This document shows, one piece after another, positions 7,047 through 16,427 of a DNA stretch of 28,371 nucleotides. The notes beneath the pieces are model-generated. The model saw nothing but the letters and a program-made list of their open reading frames with translations, was not told where the DNA came from and ran no database searches. Source of the stretch: an uncultured Arcobacteraceae bacterium (GTDB taxonomy: Bacteria > Campylobacterota > Campylobacteria > Campylobacterales > Arcobacteraceae); NCBI GenBank assembly GCA_964022095.1, contig CAXHZO010000025.1, forward strand, positions 1 to 28,371. The letters are read 5' to 3'. A program made the position numbers and the translations under genes. The number at the start of each line of letters is the position of its first letter. The first letter of the stretch is position 1.

Positions 7047-9356
7047 CTATGCTCTAAATCCAAATTTACCAAATTGTTGTTGCATATTTGTAGCCATTTG
7101 CGAGCCTGAGTCTAGTTTGTCTACTCCTACTAGTTTATATACAAAGTTAGGCATTTCCATGATTAGTTTCCACATTAGATATACTGCTATTAAACTAGAG
7201 AATATAAGCAGTAATTCTCTAATAAAAGTAAATATAAACACAGGTAAAAAGTCGCTTATAGATTCATCAGATAAATAAAACTGCTCTTCTGCCATAAGCA
7301 TAAATAACTCTTGGAAAATTGAGTATAAAAACAGAGATAAATATACAGCAATAACAATCAAAGTCGGTTTTAAAAATATAGTAATAGCAGTAACTAAAAA
7401 ATCAAATATCTTTCTAGCTTGGCCAGTTGTTACTGCAAAAGCTACCATAAAAGGAGAGATAAAAGAAAATATTATAAGCTCATACAAATACATCACTATA
7501 ATAACTCCAATAGCTATAAAAGAGGTGATAAAAGGCAAAAACTCTATTATATATCTTATTAAAGATGATGTTAGATTTAGGGCTTTTACTTCTGTTGATA
7601 CTTCTGCTGATTTACTAGTATTTTCTCCTAAGGGTAGCTTTTGAGCTAAGGCTTCAGTGTTTGTTTCTCCTAAGTTTTTTATAAAAGTTGATATTTGAGA
7701 GAAACCAGGTAGAAATCTATAGGCATTTTGCGATAAAAGCTTAGCTATTTCTTTTTCTGTTTTATTATCTTTTGAGCCTTGGGCATTTGGATTTAAAATA
7801 TTTGCTAGCCAGTCTCCTGACTCTTCTACTTTCCCTCCTTCTTGTTTTATTGCTTGGGCATTTGCTTGGTTTATATTTGCTCTTGTTATCATATTTCCTG
7901 GTACAAAATTTTCATCATACTTAGCTAAAGAGCTACTTTTATCAACTCCTTGCATAAATGAGATTTTTGTAAGAACTTGTACTGTTGGGGCTAAGATAGC
8001 ACTATACCAGCCTAGCTCTTTTACTCTTTTATCTAGATGGTCTGTCATATTATCTATTCTATCTTGTATGATATTTGTTTCATAGGCTGCTTTTATTCTG
8101 TTTAAGTTGTGGTTTGTTTGCTCATACAAGGTTGTAGCTAGTTTATGTCTTTTTTCTATGTTTCTACAGCCAATTAGAGTTAAAGTATACTTTCCATTTG
8201 AGCTTTTTATCTCTTCTTTTTGTGCTATTTGTTCTTTGTTTATATGTTGAAAAGTTATTAGGTCTTTATATCTATCTTTACACTCATCTAATGTAGGTTC
8301 CGTTTGTTTTTGTATAAATTCTTGCTGGTCTTTTGTTAAAAGAAGATTTGCTTCTGTTTTAACTCCACTTATTCCTACAGTGTTGTAGACTTTTTCCATG
8401 TATGTACTCATTGCAGTATTATTAGCTCTATCTGCTATTGATGAGCTTTCTGATACAAAGTATTTCCAGATATTTTGAAATAGGGTTGAAGAGTAGCTAT
8501 CATCTAATCTCATAGGAATAAAAAATATAACAGCAGCTAGAGTAATAACTGCGATTTTAGATTGCCAAGGCTCTTCAAATGCCAAAGTCTTTTTTGCCAT
8601 TTTTTTAAAGGCAATCCTAGATATATAAACTAACATAAAAAATAAAGATATAAATACAAAGATATAAGAAACTATATAGTCATAGATATTATCCATACTA
8701 TAAAATAAATCAATATAATAAGATAAATTATCTTGGGATAAAGTATCAATAGAGTTTAAAAGAGAACTATCTAATTCTAATCCACCTTCTGATGTTAGTT
8801 TATATATTGCATTTGGGTCTTTTTTTACCACTGTTCCATCTATTGATTGGGCTATGTCTATTATTTCATTATCCAAGGTTGCAAGACCACCTAAAAACCT
8901 ACTTAGTGTAATAGTACTGTTGTCATAAGGCTGTAATGTCACCTTTGATATAGAATTATTTTTACTATATTTTTGGCTTATTAGGTTTTCATTATTATAA
9001 TCTAACTTTATAGTATTGTAATTATCTGCACAAGTTTGGTTTAGTGTGTTTGCATTTATAGAAAGGGTATTTTCAATGTTATTTAAAGCTGTTGATGCAA
9101 ATACTTCACAAGTAGTGATTCCTGTTGAAGGGTCAAAGTCCATAATTTTTGTTGTAAATTGAGATTTATATTTATCATTTATCATTCTACAAATAGGAAT
9201 ACATTCTGTTTCCTCAGTTACAATATATGCCTCACTAAAGAAATCTTCTAAAAAATCCCCTTGTTTTTGGCTAAGGGTTGTTGCTGAAAATAGTATATTT
9301 TGACAGCTAGTTAAAATTAAGAAAATTGAGAATATTGATTTAAAAAAATATTTCAT
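7047..9356 (-). CDS. Extended VirB6/TraG-like polytopic inner-membrane T4SS protein
   Basis: 769 aa; Cys-containing N-terminal soluble domain, two TMs, a large coiled periplasmic loop, then a cluster of C-terminal TMs (ISPFMVAFA...FLKPTLIVIA...EMPNFV) typical of VirB6/TrbL/TraG. Confidence 0.6.
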   Translation of the reverse strand: MKYFFKSIFSIFLILTSCQNILFSATTLSQKQGDFLEDFFSEAYIVTEETECIPICRMINDKYKSQFTTKIMDFDPSTGITTCEVFASTALNNIENTLSINANTLNQTCADNYNTIKLDYNNENLISQKYSKNNSISKVTLQPYDNSTITLSRFLGGLATLDNEIIDIAQSIDGTVVKKDPNAIYKLTSEGGLELDSSLLNSIDTLSQDNLSYYIDLFYSMDNIYDYIVSYIFVFISLFFMLVYISRIAFKKMAKKTLAFEEPWQSKIAVITLAAVIFFIPMRLDDSYSSTLFQNIWKYFVSESSSIADRANNTAMSTYMEKVYNTVGISGVKTEANLLLTKDQQEFIQKQTEPTLDECKDRYKDLITFQHINKEQIAQKEEIKSSNGKYTLTLIGCRNIEKRHKLATTLYEQTNHNLNRIKAAYETNIIQDRIDNMTDHLDKRVKELGWYSAILAPTVQVLTKISFMQGVDKSSSLAKYDENFVPGNMITRANINQANAQAIKQEGGKVEESGDWLANILNPNAQGSKDNKTEKEIAKLLSQNAYRFLPGFSQISTFIKNLGETNTEALAQKLPLGENTSKSAEVSTEVKALNLTSSLIRYIIEFLPFITSFIAIGVIIVMYLYELIIFSFISPFMVAFAVTTGQARKIFDFLVTAITIFLKPTLIVIAVYLSLFLYSIFQELFMLMAEEQFYLSDESISDFLPVFIFTFIRELLLIFSSLIAVYLMWKLIMEMPNFVYKLVGVDKLDSGSQMATNMQQQFGKFGFRA

Positions 9357-9358
9357 AT

Positions 9359-9730
9359 TTAGTTTTCCTCTTTTGTTGGATGAATTATTATTGGTTGTGG
9401 AGTTGTGGAGTTTTTTGCGTCAATAGAGTTTGATGTAAGCTCGTTGATTTTTTTTACTAAAAAAAGATACTCTTTGTTTGTAACATAATCAATTTTAGAA
9501 ATTTTTCTTAACCTTTGTGTATTCTCTTTTTTTATTATGATTTCATCTTTGATGTCTTTTATTACACCTTTTTCAATAGAATCTAACTTTTGCTTTACTT
9601 TGTTTGTTCTTTGATCAACAACTTTTTTGAATTGTTCAAAAGAACTTTTTATATCAGGTTCAATTAAACTATAAGTAATAGCATTCAAATTTAAAAAAAA
9701 TACTGGCATTAAAAAAAATATTTTTAACAT
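9359..9730 (-). CDS. Small exported coiled-coil protein (VirB5/minor-pilin-like paralog family)
   Basis: Signal peptide; motif KEYLFLVKKINELTSNSID shared with four other small ORFs. Confidence 0.55.
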   Translation of the reverse strand: MLKIFFLMPVFFLNLNAITYSLIEPDIKSSFEQFKKVVDQRTNKVKQKLDSIEKGVIKDIKDEIIIKKENTQRLRKISKIDYVTNKEYLFLVKKINELTSNSIDAKNSTTPQPIIIHPTKEEN

Positions 9731-9732
9731 AT

Positions 9733-10077
9733 TTAATCCTTTAGAGTATTAAAAATATTTAAGTAAGTAGTTGAGTCATTTAGAGACTTTGTATCTACTA
9801 ATATATTTTCAAGTTGAATTTTTTTGTTTATTAAAAAGGTATGATTCCTTGATTTTAAGTTACGATATTTACCAATTTTTAATGTGACATTTAAATCTTC
9901 TAGTTCATTTGTATATATATTATTTGCTGTTGATAGTATATTTTTTGTTGGAGATATAATATCTTTCATTTTTGATGCAGAAGCATTTGGTATTTGGGTT
10001 ACTGTATAATTTTGTATAATAATAGGCATAGAAAATAGACTACTTGTAATTGTAGTCAATACAAAGAGTTTTTTCAT
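9733..10077 (-). CDS. Small exported protein (same paralog family)
   Basis: Signal peptide MKKLFVLTTITSSLFS; motif NHTFLINKKIQLENILVD. Confidence 0.55.
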   Translation of the reverse strand: MKKLFVLTTITSSLFSMPIIIQNYTVTQIPNASASKMKDIISPTKNILSTANNIYTNELEDLNVTLKIGKYRNLKSRNHTFLINKKIQLENILVDTKSLNDSTTYLNIFNTLKD

Positions 10078-10463
10078 TTTATATTACTTAGAGAGTTTTT
10101 TATTGTTTTAGTTGAACTTGAGTCTATTTCTATCTCTTTTAGTTTATTCCCTTTTTTTAGTTCAAAAACTATTTCAGAAGATATAACATCTTCCAAATAT
10201 TGTATTTTTGCTCCATCTTCAATTAATTTTGCAGAATTATTTTCAAAGTTTTGATAATAACTTTGCATTTTATTTGCTATATCCATAAATTCATTTAACA
10301 TTTTTTGATCATTATTATTATAATTCATTTTTCCATCATTTATATAGTTTGGTACACTCGTAGCTGCATCAATACAACCACATGAAGCGTATAGGTTTTG
10401 TACGATTAAGAAGTTTAATGAAATAAAAGAAGCAAATTTAATTAACATAATTATCAATCTCAT
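10074..10463 (-). CDS. Small exported protein with CxC motif (same paralog family)
   Basis: Signal peptide then SCGC; motif EIVFELKKGNKLKEIEID; start may be ATG 10448. Confidence 0.55.
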   Translation of the reverse strand: MRLIIMLIKFASFISLNFLIVQNLYASCGCIDAATSVPNYINDGKMNYNNNDQKMLNEFMDIANKMQSYYQNFENNSAKLIEDGAKIQYLEDVISSEIVFELKKGNKLKEIEIDSSSTKTIKNSLSNIK

Positions 10464-11529
10464 TCATGGCAGATGATTCATCAAAAGATGATTTCATAAT
10501 TACAGCTTTTTTAGCAGATAAATCAATAATATCTTGTCTGATTTTTACTTCGGTGTCTATTATAGAATTTATATATGATTCTCTGGCTTGTTGTTTTCTT
10601 ATTATCATTGCATATTTAGGTTTTACAGCATCTTTGTATAAATTAAGTGTTTGTTGTGTTGGTACTGCTAAATCGCTACTTTCAGCAAGTAGTTGCTTGT
10701 ATATACCTTTTTTTGTTCTGCTAGTTTTTTCTACAATTTCTTTAAGATCACTTGCGTATTGACTTGCCGTATTATTTGCATTATCTTGATTCTGTTCATC
10801 TGTATATGATGTTAATTGTGATGATAAAACGGATGATATAGTATTTGAAGAGCTTACTAAAATATCACTACTAATAGAAGATGATAGTTCATTAACTTGC
10901 TGCTCATAGGCAATCATATCTTCTGCTACTTTTATGTCACTAGGCTTTATTTCTGTAACTTTTGTAACTTTTTTTACTTTTGCTAAATCTATTAAGTATT
11001 TAGCTGTTTGTTGATGAAATTTTTCTTTTGATGATAGGTACATTGCTGTTATACTTTCATTTTTTTTATTATCTAAGTCGGTTAAGTCTAGAATCGGCTC
11101 ATCCCCTCTATAGAAATCTTCTTTTGTATAACCATTTGGATACGTAATTGAATCTTCTAATTCATTTTCAACTGACCATATTTCAGCATTTGAAGTAACA
11201 CTTTCAAGTTTTTGATTAATAGTTTTTTTACAGTAATCTTGTAATGATTCAGTACCAAAGCCTATTGTTTCAGTTTGTGATTTTTTATTTAAAAAAGGGA
11301 TATTTGGCATTTTTTGACAAATATCTAGACTTTCACTAATTTGAAAATTTAAAGCATCACACATTCCACCTAAATTTGGAGTTGAAATGTTAGGTTCGTA
11401 ACACATTTGTGCAGCTTTTGTGACAGGACTTTCTCCCAAAAGTGAGTTGATTGTATTTGAAAAAAGACTATTAAAGTCAAATGCAAATAATGATTTTGTT
11501 AGCAATAAAGATAATATTAGTTTTTTCAT
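10438..11529 (-). CDS. Exported T4SS-associated protein, Cys-rich N-terminus and helical C-terminus (possible pilus-tip/VirB5-like)
   Basis: 363 aa, signal peptide, four Cys, coiled C-terminus; overlaps both neighbours. Confidence 0.5.
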   Translation of the reverse strand: MKKLILSLLLTKSLFAFDFNSLFSNTINSLLGESPVTKAAQMCYEPNISTPNLGGMCDALNFQISESLDICQKMPNIPFLNKKSQTETIGFGTESLQDYCKKTINQKLESVTSNAEIWSVENELEDSITYPNGYTKEDFYRGDEPILDLTDLDNKKNESITAMYLSSKEKFHQQTAKYLIDLAKVKKVTKVTEIKPSDIKVAEDMIAYEQQVNELSSSISSDILVSSSNTISSVLSSQLTSYTDEQNQDNANNTASQYASDLKEIVEKTSRTKKGIYKQLLAESSDLAVPTQQTLNLYKDAVKPKYAMIIRKQQARESYINSIIDTEVKIRQDIIDLSAKKAVIMKSSFDESSAMNEIDNYVN

Positions 11530-11909
11530 TTATTTTCCTGTTTTAAAATAGATTTATTTAATCTTTGAATTGATTTTAATGTATCAACATCTATAGTGAT
11601 ATTTTTATTATTAATGATTTTTGATAGTAGAAAGTTGACCTTTTTCATACTCATATTATTATATTTTCTTAGTTTAATAATTTTTTCTAATAGCTCATTT
11701 TGTTTATTTAATGATTCTTCATATTTTTGATAATTTTTTTCAGATTCATTAATACTATTGTCTAGTTTATTGTATGTAGTATTTATTTTTTGTTGATTTG
11801 CATTTGATTGTAAAATCCCTTCGTTTACACATGGAATTTTATATATACAATATGCTGAAATATTTTGTGAGAAAATTACTAAAATAAAAAAACTTAATAT
11901 AAATTTCAT
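11526..11909 (-). CDS. Small exported coiled-coil protein (same paralog family)
   Basis: ATG 11909 (MKFILSFF..., AAAAGG RBS) is preferred over 11990; YCIYKIPC; motif KKVNFLLSKIINNKNITID. Confidence 0.6.
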   Translation of the reverse strand: MKFILSFFILVIFSQNISAYCIYKIPCVNEGILQSNANQQKINTTYNKLDNSINESEKNYQKYEESLNKQNELLEKIIKLRKYNNMSMKKVNFLLSKIINNKNITIDVDTLKSIQRLNKSILKQENK

Positions 11910-11947
11910 TCGAAAATAACCTTTTGAAGACCAGAAAAGAGAGGGGA

Positions 11948-12364
11948 TTAATCCTCTCCTCCAGATCCTTGACCAAATATTCCTGTCCAAAATTCAGTTA
12001 AAACATTAAATGAATAAGTTGATTCGCCCATTAATCCAGCTCCAATAGCAGAAATAAATAGCATTGATACAACTAGACCTAGGAATGCTCCTGCCCCACC
12101 ATATCCAAGCTCTTTTGCAAAGTTTTCTTCTTGACCATTTGAATGTTTTCTAAGGTATTTCATACCCCCAAAAATTCCTACTGTTAAACCTATAATTGGT
12201 AACATCCCTATAATCCATGTACCAACTGTTCCTAATGCATTTTTAGCAGATGTATCTGCTTGACCAATTACATCGTTAAATTCTTGAAAGTTTTTTGCCT
12301 CTGTTGCTTCTGCTCCTAGTAATGCAGAAATACCTAGTACTGATAGTAGTAATAATAACCTCAT
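11948..12364 (-). CDS. VirB2-like major pilin candidate
   Basis: 138 aa; signal peptide plus two Gly-rich hydrophobic helices separated by a short charged loop; strong AAAAGG RBS. Confidence 0.55.
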   Translation of the reverse strand: MRLLLLLSVLGISALLGAEATEAKNFQEFNDVIGQADTSAKNALGTVGTWIIGMLPIIGLTVGIFGGMKYLRKHSNGQEENFAKELGYGGAGAFLGLVVSMLFISAIGAGLMGESTYSFNVLTEFWTGIFGQGSGGED

Positions 12365-12399
12365 TTTTTTCCTTTTTAATTTTTATATATACCTATTGA

Positions 12400-13029
12400 T
12401 CATATTCCAAATATGTTTTTCCAAAAGTTATTTTTTAGCTCATTAAGTGTCATTCCACTTTGTACGTGCATCCCAATATTTGCGATAGTTTCCCAAGCTG
12501 TATATACAAACAATCCAATTAGTGTATACATTGATAAACTATACAAAATATCAAAGATACTTGCATCTTTAGATTTTTTTGCAACCTTATACCCTATGAA
12601 AACTGATAATATAAATACCAGTAAGGGTAAAATTCCATAAAAATGTCTAAATATTAAATATACAGTTAGTAGTAAACTATAAGCACCTTCGCTTTGGTAT
12701 TCACCAATTGTTGCATTTGCATTTGTCATTAGTGTAGATTTATCTTCTGCATTCCAGAATATTTTTTCTAGACATTTTTCTTTGATAAAGTTTTCCTCAA
12801 TATTGTTTAGAAATATATCGATTGTTGCAAGTAAAAGTATCAGTACGATTACTGATACTAAGTGCCAACTAAATGCTTTTACAAATATTTCCATAATACT
12901 TTTGTCATTATTTCCTTGTTTATCTTTATAAATACCAGAAATTATTCCACTAGCAAAAGGAATAGTTGTAAAAGCAAATGATACAAGGGCTACAAATGTA
13001 CTAAATACAATTAGTTTACTACCGTCCAC
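12400..13029 (-). CDS. Polytopic membrane protein resembling a tandem duplication of the pilin-like unit
   Basis: GTG start with AAGGAG RBS; about four TMs; the C-terminal half aligns with 11948-12364 (FWKNIFG vs FWTGIFG). Confidence 0.55.
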   Translation of the reverse strand: MDGSKLIVFSTFVALVSFAFTTIPFASGIISGIYKDKQGNNDKSIMEIFVKAFSWHLVSVIVLILLLATIDIFLNNIEENFIKEKCLEKIFWNAEDKSTLMTNANATIGEYQSEGAYSLLLTVYLIFRHFYGILPLLVFILSVFIGYKVAKKSKDASIFDILYSLSMYTLIGLFVYTAWETIANIGMHVQSGMTLNELKNNFWKNIFGI

Positions 13030-13054
13030 TTTTCTCCTTTGAAAAAACTTTTAA

Positions 13055-13063
13055 ATTATATCA
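13055..13063 (-). promoter_or_regulatory. Extended -10 promoter (TGATATAAT) for the pilin/VirB6 operon
   Basis: TGnTATAAT 25 bp upstream of GTG 13029 with an AT-rich upstream region, typical of Campylobacterota RpoD promoters. Confidence 0.6.
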
Positions 13064-13102
13064 TAATTTTATTAATTAATAACAAAATAATACTTTAATT
13101 TA

Positions 13103-15490
13103 TTAATTACTAACTTGTTTTTTTATTTTATTTGGATTTGTTGTGAAGTATTCAATTTCTTTGTTCTTATAAATTAGACTCATGTTTATTACTCCTTTGT
13201 TATACCAAATAACTAAATTATATTGTTTTACTTTCTGCATAGTTGTTAATACTTTTTTAGGGGCTTTAAATTCTGTTCCAATATAAGAAATTAAATCTTC
13301 TTTTTGATCTGGAGGAAATAGAAATATTCTTGTATTTATATTTTTAAAGATTGTATATGGCACTTCTTCAATATTTTGAATAATAAACATCATGTGAATA
13401 TTGTATTTTCTCGCTTCATAAACTAATTTTTCAAACATAACTTGAAATGTTTTAAATCTAAAGTAGTTTGAAGCTTCTTCAATAACATAAATTAGTTTTG
13501 GCAAAACTCTTCCTTGTTTTTTGAAGTTCAATGCTCTTTCTCTATCTTTAATATAAGATTTCCAAAATATACCAAAGAACATTGGTACAAAGAGACTACT
13601 TTCTTTTATGTTGTTAAGTTCTGCATAAATATATGCAGTCTCAGATATCTTTAGGTTGTCATATTCACTAAAGTATTCTAGGCTTTCTACATCTGATAGT
13701 TTTTCATATAAATTACTGTATCCTTCCCTTTCCTTATTACTAATTTGCTGATTGGTTTTTCTGATATTTGCAATTTTTATTACATCATTTAACAATGGTA
13801 CTTTTAAATGATTATATTTTTCTTCTTTTATATCAATCAGTTTATCACCATCTTGATATCCTAAGTTTAATAATTCATTATATAAAGGTAAAAATTTGTG
13901 TCTAAGTTTTCTAATTTTGAACTGTTGGAATTCTTTTGTTTTATAAATATACTTTACTATCTCTTTAAATTTACCAACCTCTTGAATAGTTAGTCCTGCA
14001 CTTTGACCTAAAGTGTCTTTATTTTGACTTTCAAGAATCATTGATATTAAGTCTGATGAGAATTGTATATCTTCTACAATTGGTTCTCCATTTAAATCTG
14101 TTTCAAAATTTAATAAGTTGAAAGAAAAATCTTTTAGTTTACCTTTAATTTCACCTATATTATTTTTTTCACATTTAGAAATTAAATTAAATATCGGCCT
14201 ATCACTTTCTCCTATATCAAAATTCCTTATTCCATATTTATGACTTTCTAAACCTAGTTTAGGTGCATATCCTGAATCAAAATCAATTTCAATCATTTGG
14301 GATAATATTTTTTGTTTAGCAACTGACTTACCACTACCTGTAGGGGCAATAATTAAAGAGTGAGGGTTGTCATTATCAGAAGCAAAAGAAAAGTTAACGT
14401 GAGATTTTTTTGTATCTTCACCAAAGAAGTCAGGATCTTTTGATGCTTTTTTATGAACCGAAGTTATTCTTTCATTTAAATAGGATATATTTGCTGGCAT
14501 ATCAAATCGTGTGTCTCTAAATTTTAAAGGGGTTTTTAATATTGAAGTATTAATTCTATTTTTCTTTTTTGTGAAACTTACTGAAAGAATTTCAGATATT
14601 TTATTTAATGTACTGTTTGATAAGTCTTTTGCAGCAATTTCAAAATTAACTGTGATTACTTTTTCTGTAACTTTTTCAATATTGTCTAGATATTGTACAA
14701 AAGGATCTTTACCCCCATATAATTTAGTTGTTTCAAGTAAGTTTTGAGCCATAAATAATGATCTGTCTTTATTAAAATCGTAATATGCCCAGATTACTCC
14801 ATTAAAATCTAGTTCATATAGTGCATTATAATTTATTTTTTGTTTAGATTGTTTGATTTTATATCCATTATAAATATCAATTGATGATAGGTTTTGATAC
14901 ATATTATTTTTAATGACTTTATTAAATGTTTGTTCTACTGGGAGGTAAGATACTGTAGTGTCTTCTCCAATATTTAATTGTCTGTGTATCTGCTTATTTT
15001 TTATATAAAATGAATTATCTAGAAATAAATCAAATAAAACATCAACTATCTCTTTTCCTTTTAGTAACTTTATATCTAAACTTTTTGATATTATTTCTAA
15101 TAAGTCTTTCGAGTAAGAAAATAAATATTGTTTTTGATAATTTTTATCTTTTAGTATAGCTTGATAGAAGTATCCCTTAGGAGTTTTTGATGCAAATTCA
15201 TATAAAGTATCAAGCATGTTTTCTGATAAAGGTTGTTCTATAGTATCATTTCCACTTAATTCTATAGCATAAAGTGTTTTATGAAGAGTATTTACTTCTA
15301 TATAATCATGATTAATTGCAAGAACTTTTAATGAGTCTTTTATATTTTGTTTGTTTAAAAACATATTGCTTGGAACTAATAGTTTATCATAAATACAAGA
15401 AGAAAAATTAAGGTTTTTATTCTTTCTTTTTATTCCATAGTATCCTGCTGCGGCTACTCCCGAACCAAGTAAAAATGTTAGAAAGCTCAT
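13103..15490 (-). CDS. virB4: VirB4-family T4SS ATPase
   Basis: 795 aa; HSLIIAPTGSGKS (Walker A), IYVIEEA (Walker B), EARKYNIHMMFIIQ and NINTRIFL motifs of VirB4/HerA-FtsK ATPases; located in the T4SS cluster. Confidence 0.85.
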   Translation of the reverse strand: MSFLTFLLGSGVAAAGYYGIKRKNKNLNFSSCIYDKLLVPSNMFLNKQNIKDSLKVLAINHDYIEVNTLHKTLYAIELSGNDTIEQPLSENMLDTLYEFASKTPKGYFYQAILKDKNYQKQYLFSYSKDLLEIISKSLDIKLLKGKEIVDVLFDLFLDNSFYIKNKQIHRQLNIGEDTTVSYLPVEQTFNKVIKNNMYQNLSSIDIYNGYKIKQSKQKINYNALYELDFNGVIWAYYDFNKDRSLFMAQNLLETTKLYGGKDPFVQYLDNIEKVTEKVITVNFEIAAKDLSNSTLNKISEILSVSFTKKKNRINTSILKTPLKFRDTRFDMPANISYLNERITSVHKKASKDPDFFGEDTKKSHVNFSFASDNDNPHSLIIAPTGSGKSVAKQKILSQMIEIDFDSGYAPKLGLESHKYGIRNFDIGESDRPIFNLISKCEKNNIGEIKGKLKDFSFNLLNFETDLNGEPIVEDIQFSSDLISMILESQNKDTLGQSAGLTIQEVGKFKEIVKYIYKTKEFQQFKIRKLRHKFLPLYNELLNLGYQDGDKLIDIKEEKYNHLKVPLLNDVIKIANIRKTNQQISNKEREGYSNLYEKLSDVESLEYFSEYDNLKISETAYIYAELNNIKESSLFVPMFFGIFWKSYIKDRERALNFKKQGRVLPKLIYVIEEASNYFRFKTFQVMFEKLVYEARKYNIHMMFIIQNIEEVPYTIFKNINTRIFLFPPDQKEDLISYIGTEFKAPKKVLTTMQKVKQYNLVIWYNKGVINMSLIYKNKEIEYFTTNPNKIKKQVSN

Positions 15491-16425
15491 AGTGATTCCT
15501 TTTTAGAAATATATTGATTACTTAAGTAATCTAAGTTTACTAATAAATCCCAGTCTACATCCCTATATTTTAGAGGCGTTTTAAGTAAGATGTCTTTGTT
15601 GTCTATAGACTTTTTCACTAAAGATAAATTGTATATATCTGATATTTCATTTAGTTCATTTTTTGTAATATCTTTTGATATTAGAATATGGTTTGTTAGG
15701 ATTAAGTCTTGATGCTCTTTGTCAATATCATAGTTATAAAGTTTTTTTGAGATGTATCCATCTACTCTACCTTCATAAAAATCATAATAGCTCCAAACTG
15801 TACATTGGATATTTGTTTTTAATAGTTTATTATATATGTCTTTTACCGCTCCCTCTTTTGCTTTGTACCCTTGGTAGATTTCATAGTTTGATACAATGTT
15901 TTGTTTTTTATCTTCTAGATTATTTTTTGATAGTTTGTTTATTTCGTAAGGAGTAATAAATATTAAATTATTTAAAATAGTATTTGATTCTTGACCAGTT
16001 TTTAGCTCACTATCTGTCTCTTTTTGAATGTCATTAATTAAGTCAAGAGAATAAGATAAAATGAAATGCTGTTGCTTAGTCTTATTTTTTAATATAGTTT
16101 GAAAGAAAGCTCCATTTGTATTTGTAGAGTGTGTTTTAAATAAATTAATAAAAAAAGCTTCATTTATACTTTTGGAATCAAAAATTTCTAAAATAAAAAT
16201 CTCTTTTTTTTGAGTGTTTATTATTAAACTATTTTTTTTAATAAAATCTATAATTAATATATCGTTTGGATTCCAAAGTTTTCTTAATGAAGTAAAAGGT
16301 AGTAGAAGTTTCTCAATAATACAATTTGATTCAGGCAATAGTATTTTTTTATATTTAATTAAATATAAACCTCTAAAAATAATTATAGATAAGACTAGAG
16401 TAATAATAATTGTTCCAATATACAT
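15487..16425 (-). CDS. ATPase-less paralog of the VirB4 N-terminal domain
   Basis: Aligns with the VirB4 N-terminal half: GAFFQTILKNK/GYFYQAILKDK, SYSLDL/SYSKDL, VWSYYDF/IWAYYDF, LKTPLKYRD/LKTPLKFRD; stops before Walker A. Confidence 0.75.
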   Translation of the reverse strand: MYIGTIIITLVLSIIIFRGLYLIKYKKILLPESNCIIEKLLLPFTSLRKLWNPNDILIIDFIKKNSLIINTQKKEIFILEIFDSKSINEAFFINLFKTHSTNTNGAFFQTILKNKTKQQHFILSYSLDLINDIQKETDSELKTGQESNTILNNLIFITPYEINKLSKNNLEDKKQNIVSNYEIYQGYKAKEGAVKDIYNKLLKTNIQCTVWSYYDFYEGRVDGYISKKLYNYDIDKEHQDLILTNHILISKDITKNELNEISDIYNLSLVKKSIDNKDILLKTPLKYRDVDWDLLVNLDYLSNQYISKKESL

Positions 16426-16427
16426 GT

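Noticed and set aside
11910-11990. N-terminal extension MDRNIWSRIWRR... of ORF 11526-11990
   Set aside because: It overlaps the pilin gene; ATG 11909 has an RBS and gives a normal signal peptide.
13103-15490. HerA-type anti-phage ATPase or VirD4 instead of VirB4
   Set aside because: Size, C-terminal ATPase position and neighbouring VirB1/VirB8/pilin-like genes favour VirB4; there is no nuclease or SIR2 partner.
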